Assembly: GCA_049288585.1 (NCBI GenBank)
Contig: JBAQHZ010000547.1
Span: forward strand, 611-64,610
Direction: 5' to 3'
Length of the DNA: 64,000 nucleotides
Origin: Chania sp.
GTDB taxonomy: Bacteria; Pseudomonadota; Gammaproteobacteria; Enterobacterales; Enterobacteriaceae
Of this stretch, positions 9,001 through 14,334 are shown piece after piece. The notes under the pieces were generated by a model. The model did no database searches. It worked only from the letters and a program-made list of their open reading frames with translations, and had not been told where the DNA came from. Numbering within the stretch: position 1 is the first letter of the stretch; each line of letters starts with the position of its first letter. The position numbers and the translations under genes are program-made.

Positions 9001-9046
9001 CAATCACGGCAATAGCGATTGCAGAGCGCGCTGCATTTTTTAGCAT
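6026..9046 (-). CDS. Autotransporter outer-membrane protein with an N-terminal PAP2-superfamily (acid phosphatase/haloperoxidase-type) passenger domain
   Basis: 1006-aa ORF with Sec signal MLKNAARSAIAIAVIASVAPAYS. PAP2 motifs are RNTVGNSRP (aa 184-192), PSGH (aa 230-233) and SRVTLGAHYALD (aa 265-276). Autotransporter-associated beta-strand repeats follow (GSGILELTGNNRFSGTTEIAGGALIVNG...). The C-terminal barrel has alternating aromatic strands and ends NAGFSWRF. Confidence 0.85.
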   Translation of the reverse strand: MLKNAARSAIAIAVIASVAPAYSVDGRTINATELIAGFSQLNNSAEGRNALAENLNTSIAINNGSSATQRARAIADNTIAALIGSMDNGLLVANALGPKMYEIFSANNSINAATYKASTFSPSFATLFSQVNALIQIDSSFAKNYFANGSTNGNPAMQATGISLPEGGVYNVYDLAYQPTKENRNTVGNSRPVQVAPGRVESFSALDFFGAQTDSAVSILPTLKGNASFPSGHTAFGFASTYLFAEMVPERFQEFLLRGSEYGNSRVTLGAHYALDVIGARIMTTYAMAQILNNNPDYLGKSISGILGGPITTTNDFQGLMATAQTDLRTLLEQGCGTTLAACSAADQAERLQQAARNKADYTYRLTYGLDPIGPTDLAPVVPEGAEVLLASRFPYLTAEQRREVLATTEIESGHALDNGSGWARLNLYAAADGYAAFNGNVAVTMDASQGGFSAYDAWNNDIAGNGSFVKKGSGILELTGNNRFSGTTEIAGGALIVNGYHGNSAVKVDDGALLGGSGTVGALNAQSGAVIAPGNSIGTLQVANDLTFQPGAHYAVEVAANGSSDMIQSAGTAVLNGGEVDVSLENRGNLLSQSEVRSLLGQQYTILTAQQGISGQFDRVQPDYLFLGSTLNYQPNQVTLNVGRNATAFADVAQTQNERAVARTAETLGAGNPVYESILTSSTPWKARQAFRQLSGQIHADIASAQMNDSRYLREALNGRLRQGAGLGSSPEIKANEGGAWAQLLGAWDHASGNANTTGYQASTYGVLMGLDSAYAGEWQLGMATGYTRTSLDGGYGSNANSDNYHLGAYGSKQFDALALRAGSTYTWHRIDTARTINYGAQSDNASAKYSARTQQLFAEVGYSIKAAQVNLEPFANLAYVNFQNNGIAENGGAAALRADKQHTDATISTLGLRADTQLQAVTLRGELGWQHQYGELDRATGLMFSGSSSSFVINSVPVSRDGAVLKASAEVAVGKNAALSLGYGGLLSQNHQDNRVNAGFSWRF

Positions 9047-9200
9047 TACTAATCTTCCCTAATAAACCTATGAATTATCGAGGCAATTTATTAGCAGCTT
9101 TTAATGACAGTTTTATGAACAGGCGTTGGAGGGCGGGGTTAAGAGAAAGGGGAGCTGCTGCGCCCCAACAGACTGCTGACAAAGCCAGATATTAGGGAGA

Positions 9201-9325
9201 GCGTGCCGAAGGGGTCGTAGCGGCGTACGCCGCCGACAAATGTGCCGGGAGCACATTTGAACGACGTTAAGTCGGCCCGCAGGGTGGGACACAAGGATGT
9301 GTCCCACCATAGCCCCTCGGTGCGC
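9201..9325. other. About 125-nt element bounded by 13-bp inverted repeats and enclosing four hairpins (MITE-like repeat or structured RNA)
   Basis: Arms gcgtgccgaagggg (9201-9214) and cccctcggtgcgc (9313-9325) pair with one bulge. Inside are the palindrome gcggcgtacgccgc (9220-9233), a 9-bp stem at 9237-9259, a 4-bp stem at 9262-9274 and an 11-bp perfect stem at 9283-9308. Confidence 0.35.
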
Positions 9326-9422
9326 ATGGCCCGAGTATCTCGGGCTAAAAAACCACTTTGTCATCAACCTCAGGTGGGTAAATGACCCACCTCTCTCATG
9401 TTGAAGCACTGACTTGCGGTGA

Positions 9423-9926
9423 CTAAAACCGCCCAAAAGGTGCCGAATACGCCACCAGCCCATTAACATCATTCAGGGCGTCTTCTGCCAGCGGGTAAAC
9501 CTGAAATGCCGTTTCCGTACCCGGCCAACGGCAGTGCAGATTATACTGCGCGGCGGTTTTGAAACCGAAACGCCCGTAGTAGGCCGGATCCCCCAGCACC
9601 ACCACTGCGGCATAGCTGAACTCGTTTAGCGCGTCCAGCCCTTCGTATATCAGCTTCTCACCCAAGCCCTGGCGGCGCAGGCTTTCGTCCACCACCAGCG
9701 GCGCAAGCCCTACCCACTGGCGATCGACGCCCGCCACATCAACCGGGCTAAAGGCCGCATAGCCAACCACACCGCCTCCATCGTCGGTGGCGACAATGCC
9801 CAGCGTCAGCAGGCCATCTTCACGCAGTTGCTGCACGAGATCGGCTTCGTCATCACGCCCGAAAGCCCTGCGCAGCAAGGCATCAATGCCCGCTGCATCC
9901 ACCGGAATCTCAACGCGGATCAACAT
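9423..9926 (-). CDS. yhbS: GNAT-family N-acetyltransferase YhbS
   Basis: 167-aa ORF, MLIRVEIPVDAAGIDALLRRAFGRDDEADLVQQLREDGLLTLGIVATDD.... It is collinear with E. coli YhbS and overlaps ubiT by 7 nt. Confidence 0.9.
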   Translation of the reverse strand: MLIRVEIPVDAAGIDALLRRAFGRDDEADLVQQLREDGLLTLGIVATDDGGGVVGYAAFSPVDVAGVDRQWVGLAPLVVDESLRRQGLGEKLIYEGLDALNEFSYAAVVVLGDPAYYGRFGFKTAAQYNLHCRWPGTETAFQVYPLAEDALNDVNGLVAYSAPFGRF

Positions 9927-10447
9927 GGCTGCGGTACACGGGAGGATTGCGCCGTGCCCTCCTGCAAACCTGCTTCAATAAAAGCCGCCAGTTGCAGCAG
10001 GCCAACGCGCAGCGGCGCAGGCATGGCATCCAGATCGATGGCGTCCATCAGATTTTTTACATACAGGCCCAATTCGGTATCTCCTTCAATCCGCAGCCGA
10101 CGCTGGAAAAATAGCGTATCGGGATCTTGCTTACGCGCTGCAATCAACACCAGATCGTTGGCATCGCCGCTGAAGCTGACATCCGCTTCCGCCTGTTGGC
10201 TTACCACCAGCCTGCCGTTATCAACCGTCATAAACCATTGCAGTGCCAGATCGCGCACTTCGATTTTCAGCCAACGCGACTCGAGAAACTCTAAATCTCC
10301 GTCCGCCAGCGCCTGACGAAACTGCCAACCCAGCACCTGTTCCAGAAGCTGGCGCTGTAGAGCAAACGGCGTGAATTTTAGCGGCACGCGCAGCAGCGAC
10401 GGCCCCTGACGCACAATGCGTGCCCGTAGTTTTTCCAACACTGTCAT
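9920..10447 (-). CDS. ubiT: SCP2-domain ubiquinone (O2-independent pathway) accessory factor UbiT (YhbT)
   Basis: 175-aa ORF. LEKLRARIV..GPSLL.VP.K.TPFAL.RQ.LEQVL.WQFRQAL.DG.LEFLE.RWL...QDPDTLFFQRRL.IEGDTELGLYVKNLMDAI matches E. coli YhbT. It is divergent from ubiU. Confidence 0.9.
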   Translation of the reverse strand: MTVLEKLRARIVRQGPSLLRVPLKFTPFALQRQLLEQVLGWQFRQALADGDLEFLESRWLKIEVRDLALQWFMTVDNGRLVVSQQAEADVSFSGDANDLVLIAARKQDPDTLFFQRRLRIEGDTELGLYVKNLMDAIDLDAMPAPLRVGLLQLAAFIEAGLQEGTAQSSRVPQPC

Positions 10448-10708
10448 TCACTCCTTTCAACTCAATCTGAGCCTATTTTGCCACATTGATGCACTGCGTA
10501 ACCGGTCTATATCAACAAATAGTGCAATTAACATCCGCAGCCGCCTTTCTATCAATACGCCAGAAACTGCCTCAAATCAAAACCTGTTGGCGGCAGGTTG
10601 ACTAAAATTGTCCCCCCGTTGACATCATTGCCAAGCGAGAAATTGCCCGGCAACCATTATCACAGCGTATGCCTGGCCTGGCATACGGTTGAATCAGGAT
10701 TAAATCTT

Positions 10709-11704
10709 ATGGAGCTGCTTTGCCCCGCCGGTAATCTGCCGGCCTTGAAAGCTGCGGTGGATAATGGCGCAGATGCCGTTTACATCGGCTTGAAAGACGA
10801 TACCAACGCACGCCACTTCGCCGGGCTGAATTTTACCGAGAAGAAGCTGCAAGAAGCGGCCGATTACGTGCATCGGCATGGGCGCAAACTGCATATTGCC
10901 ATCAACACCTTTGCCCACCCCGGGGGCTACGCCCGCTGGCAGCGCGCCGTGGATATGGCGGCGCAACTGGGGGCCGATGCGCTGATCCTGGCCGACCTGG
11001 CGATGCTGGAATACGCCGCGCAGCGCTATCCGCAGGTCGAGCGCCACGTTTCGGTGCAGGCTTCCGCCACCAATGAAGAAGCCATCCGTTTTTATCAACG
11101 CCACTTCGATGTTGCGCGCGTGGTACTGCCACGGGTGCTGTCGATGCATCAGGTCAAACAGCTTTCGCGCACCAGCCCGGTGCCACTGGAAGTGTTCGCG
11201 TTTGGCAGCCTGTGCATCATGGCCGAAGGGCGCTGTTATCTCTCTTCCTACCTGACCGGTGAGTCGCCCAATACCGTGGGTGCCTGCTCACCCGCGCGCT
11301 TTGTGCGCTGGCAACAGACGCCACAGGGGATGGAATCGCGCCTGAATGACGTGCTGATCGACCGTTATCAGGATGGCGAAAACGCCGGTTACCCGACGCT
11401 GTGCAAAGGCCGCTATCGGGTGGATAACGTGCTTTATCACCCGTTGGAAGAACCCACCAGCCTGAATACGCTGGAGCTGTTACCGGAGCTGCTTGCCGCC
11501 AATATTGCGTCGGTGAAGATCGAAGGCCGCCAGCGCAGCCCGGCGTATGTCAGCCAGGTGGCACGCGTGTGGCGGCAGGCGATCGATCGCTGTAAAGCCA
11601 ACCCGGCCACCTATCAGGCCGATACCGCCTGGATGGAAACCCTCGGCGCAATGTCCGAAGGTACCCAAACCACGCTCGGCGCCTATCACCGCAAATGGCA
11701 GTAG
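10709..11704 (+). CDS. ubiU: U32-family O2-independent ubiquinone hydroxylase subunit UbiU (YhbU)
   Basis: The in-frame ATG at 10709 gives MELLCPAGNLPALKAAVDNGADAVYIGLKDDTNARHFAGLNFTEKK..., ending TLGAYHRKWQ, as in E. coli YhbU (331 aa). The ORF-track start at 10598 is an upstream non-ATG extension. Confidence 0.9.
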   Translation: MELLCPAGNLPALKAAVDNGADAVYIGLKDDTNARHFAGLNFTEKKLQEAADYVHRHGRKLHIAINTFAHPGGYARWQRAVDMAAQLGADALILADLAMLEYAAQRYPQVERHVSVQASATNEEAIRFYQRHFDVARVVLPRVLSMHQVKQLSRTSPVPLEVFAFGSLCIMAEGRCYLSSYLTGESPNTVGACSPARFVRWQQTPQGMESRLNDVLIDRYQDGENAGYPTLCKGRYRVDNVLYHPLEEPTSLNTLELLPELLAANIASVKIEGRQRSPAYVSQVARVWRQAIDRCKANPATYQADTAWMETLGAMSEGTQTTLGAYHRKWQ

Positions 11705-11715
11705 CAGGAGGAACC

Positions 11716-12594
11716 ATGAAATATGCATTAGGCCCGGTACTCTACTATTGGCCAAAAACCGATCTAGAAACCTTTTATCAACAGGCCGCCAGCAGCAGCG
11801 CCGATATTATCTATCTTGGCGAAAACGTCTGCACCAAACGGCGCGAGATGAAAGTGGGCGACTGGCTGGCGCTGGCGCAGGAGATCGCCAAATCCGGCAA
11901 GCAGGTGGTGATCTCTACCCTAGCGCTGCTGCAGGCACCTTCGGAACTGAACGAACTGAAGCGTTATGTGGAAAACGGCGAATTCCTGATCGAAGCCAAC
12001 GATCTCGGCACGGTAAATATGGCCGCCGAGCGCGGTTTGCCGTTTGTCGCCGGGCATGCCCTTAATTGCTACAACGCCTACACGCTGCGCCTGTTGCATC
12101 AGCAGGGCATGACGCGTTGGTGTATGCCGGTGGAGCTTTCCCGCGATTGGTTGGTGAACTTGCTGAACCAGTGCGAAGAACTGGGGTTCCGCCAGCAGTT
12201 TGAGGTGGAAGTGCTGAGTTACGGCCATCTGCCGTTGGCTTATTCCGCGCGTTGCTTTACCGCTCGCTCAGAAAACCGCGGCAAGGACGAATGTGAAACC
12301 TGCTGTATCAAATATCCTCAGGGTCGGATGGTCAATTCGCAGGAAAATCAGCAAGTGTTCGTGCTGAACGGTATTCAGACCATGAGCGGCTACTGCTACA
12401 ACCTGGGTAATGAGTTGGTCGGGATGCAAGGGCTGGTGGATATCGTGCGCCTGTCGCCGCAGGGGGCAGAGACGCTGGCGATGCTCGAACGCTTCCGCGC
12501 CAACCAGCAGGGAACCCAGCCGCTGGTGCTAACCGATCATGCAGAGTGTAACGGTTACTGGCGGCGGGTGGCAGGGTTGGAGTTAGTGCAATAG
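11716..12594 (+). CDS. ubiV: U32-family ubiquinone hydroxylase subunit UbiV (YhbV)
   Basis: The ATG at 11716 (MKYALGPVLYYWPK...) lies 9 nt after the ubiU stop and GGAGG is upstream. It is collinear with E. coli YhbV. Confidence 0.9.
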   Translation: MKYALGPVLYYWPKTDLETFYQQAASSSADIIYLGENVCTKRREMKVGDWLALAQEIAKSGKQVVISTLALLQAPSELNELKRYVENGEFLIEANDLGTVNMAAERGLPFVAGHALNCYNAYTLRLLHQQGMTRWCMPVELSRDWLVNLLNQCEELGFRQQFEVEVLSYGHLPLAYSARCFTARSENRGKDECETCCIKYPQGRMVNSQENQQVFVLNGIQTMSGYCYNLGNELVGMQGLVDIVRLSPQGAETLAMLERFRANQQGTQPLVLTDHAECNGYWRRVAGLELVQ

Positions 12595-12598
12595 CCTT

Positions 12599-12629
12599 TG
12601 GCGGCGGAGAGAGGTTGCTCTCCCCGCCA
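12599..12629. terminator. Strong GC-rich hairpin between convergent ubiV and the fimbrial operon (bidirectional terminator candidate)
   Basis: ttggcgg(c)ggagag-aggttg-ctctccccgccaa forms a stem of about 13 bp with one bulge. It lies directly after the ubiV stop and the last fimbrial gene stop. Confidence 0.6.
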
Positions 12630-12634
12630 ATCCT

Positions 12635-13177
12635 TCAATCGTAGGAAATATTGAATTGTATTGAGCTTTTCACTTTGCCAGGCGTGGCTTGCCCGGTGGC
12701 GTAATATTCATAGGCAATATCACACTGGCTCTCGTTATTAACGATGACCGCGCAACCAACGCGCGGGCTGGTGCGCAGATCCAGCGGCGTGTCATTCATC
12801 AACAGCCTGATCTCAACGTTCTCGGCTTCGCCAGTCAGGGTATTGACCAGATTACCGGTCTCTGCACTGACGGTGCCGCCATTGTTCAGCGTGATATACG
12901 GGGTATAACCGTTAGTACAACGCGCCCCGCCCAAATGGATACTGCCTTGGGTACGGCCATGTGTCATACCTGGGCTATTCAGGTTCCCCATATACACCTG
13001 CGGCAACAGCCAATCGTAGGTTTTGTGTTCTTGCCCTTCTATGCTGTCGAAATAACAGGTGGCGAGCTTAATCGAACCCGTCACATTCAGCACTCCGGTG
13101 GAAGAGGCCTGCACGCTCGCGGCGCAGCAGAACAGCACCAATAGAGAGAAGAGCCTCAACGTATTCGCTATATGCAT
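12635..13177 (-). CDS. Fimbrial minor subunit (type 1/P-pilus-like pilin domain)
   Basis: 180-aa ORF with signal peptide MHIANTLRLFSLLVLFCCAASVQA. It has a Cys pair and a C-terminal beta-strand ...SSIQFNISYD typical of chaperone-usher pilins. It is the last gene of the operon. Confidence 0.8.
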   Translation of the reverse strand: MHIANTLRLFSLLVLFCCAASVQASSTGVLNVTGSIKLATCYFDSIEGQEHKTYDWLLPQVYMGNLNSPGMTHGRTQGSIHLGGARCTNGYTPYITLNNGGTVSAETGNLVNTLTGEAENVEIRLLMNDTPLDLRTSPRVGCAVIVNNESQCDIAYEYYATGQATPGKVKSSIQFNISYD

Positions 13178-13190
13178 TTCACGCTCCCGA

Positions 13191-14318
13191 TCACTGATAG
13201 GTGATCATAAACTCGATTTGAGCATCAGCCTTGCCCGCCCGGATCGGGGCGGCGGTCTGAATATACGTGGCCTTAACCCCCAAGCTGTAATCACTGCCGC
13301 GATCTTCAAGGAAGGTTATATAGTTGGCCAGATCGATATCCTGATTGAATTTGGCTACCTGATAATTGCCGTTTTCCTGTTTGAAGCTCAGTTGCACTCC
13401 AACACCCGCCGCGGCATCACCTGCTTCAACATTCAGCTTCGAAATTCCCTGTTCTGCATTTTCGAAGCCATTGCGTGGCGTCAGTTTGATGCTGATGACG
13501 TTCGGCTTGAATACGCTGTAGGAGGTCCGGCCATAGAAGGCAGGACAGCCCGAAAGGACAATCTGTGTCTCGGCGCTACCGGCCGTGCTGCCAACGCCAT
13601 TGAACTCATCCGGGTAGTGTTCACCCAGCGGCAAGTAATAGTTACTGCCCACATTGCAGGTAGCCGGGATCACCTTCAGACTGCCGCTGATCGATGTTTT
13701 CTGATAGACAAAATTATCGCCATTACCATTCAGTGCAGTCTCAAAGCTGGGCAAGTCACCTCCACCGATAGTGCCGCTACCGACGTTGCTGGCGGTCTTG
13801 ATAAATTCAATGTTAAAGCTGACCGAAGCATCATTCTGGCTGGTGAAGTTGAAAATGGTGGCGCTGCTGGGGGTGAAATAGGCAGGAAGACTGCCAGGGA
13901 TCTGCAAGCGTGCACCGCCACCGTCGGGAGTGCCCTGCCACAGTGCCACCCCGATGCCGGGAATATTGGTATTAAACACGTATGGAAACGTGGAGTCGCT
14001 GTAGCTGGATTGACCATAATGCGTGTTGGTGAGGCTACTGACCAGATCATATATCCCCGCCTGGCACAGCAGTTTGGCACCGTTACCGCTGGTCTGGATC
14101 CGCTGAGAGTAAACCACGCTACCAATCGGTAAATCTTCCCCTACGGTCACCGAGCCACCGATAGGCAAGCGGGTATCGAGCGGTAAGGAAGTAGCGGAAC
14201 TGCTTTCCGCCTCACAACCTAGGCTCGCCGCTACCGTGCTTTGTGCATATAAGCCTGCGCAGAGCATCACCGATGCCACTACGCCTGACGCGATTCTTGT
14301 TTTCATCTGTTTTCTCAT
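13191..14318 (-). CDS. Large fimbrial subunit, probable two-domain tip adhesin
   Basis: Signal MRKQMKTRIASGVVASVMLCAGLYAQSTVAA. About 375 aa, roughly twice pilin size, with a pilin-type C-terminus ...GKADAQIEFMITYQ. The start is chosen at the ATG at 14318 (AAGG upstream). Alternative ATGs at 14348 and 14306 cannot be excluded. Confidence 0.7.
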   Translation of the reverse strand: MRKQMKTRIASGVVASVMLCAGLYAQSTVAASLGCEAESSSATSLPLDTRLPIGGSVTVGEDLPIGSVVYSQRIQTSGNGAKLLCQAGIYDLVSSLTNTHYGQSSYSDSTFPYVFNTNIPGIGVALWQGTPDGGGARLQIPGSLPAYFTPSSATIFNFTSQNDASVSFNIEFIKTASNVGSGTIGGGDLPSFETALNGNGDNFVYQKTSISGSLKVIPATCNVGSNYYLPLGEHYPDEFNGVGSTAGSAETQIVLSGCPAFYGRTSYSVFKPNVISIKLTPRNGFENAEQGISKLNVEAGDAAAGVGVQLSFKQENGNYQVAKFNQDIDLANYITFLEDRGSDYSLGVKATYIQTAAPIRAGKADAQIEFMITYQ

Positions 14319-14334
14319 TAACCTTGGCGCCCTG

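Noticed and set aside
9113-9472. 119-aa and 62-aa minus-strand ORFs in the autotransporter-yhbS spacer
   Set aside because: They run through the stacked perfect hairpins and overlap the yhbS 3' end. Their composition (Arg/Gly/His-rich) is typical of translated palindromic repeats.
10448-10708. Search for an FNR box (TTGAT-N4-ATCAA) in the ubiT/ubiU divergent promoter
   Set aside because: Only half-sites or poor matches were seen (for example TTGACtaaaATTGT at about 10596-10609). This is not enough to call a site by eye.
10598-10708. Long N-terminal extensions in the ORF track for ubiU, and likewise for argR (51533), fbp (54389), nlpI (25564), glmM (37018), rplU (47958), yhbW (19637) and the chaperone (17862)
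   Set aside because: Ortholog N-termini begin at internal ATGs with plausible RBSs. The extensions use non-ATG starts or cross intergenic repeats, promoters or neighbouring genes.
13059-14132. 357-aa plus-strand ORF
   Set aside because: It is antisense to the fimbrial adhesin-like and minor-subunit genes. The minus-strand products have signal peptides and pilin C-termini, and this ORF has neither.
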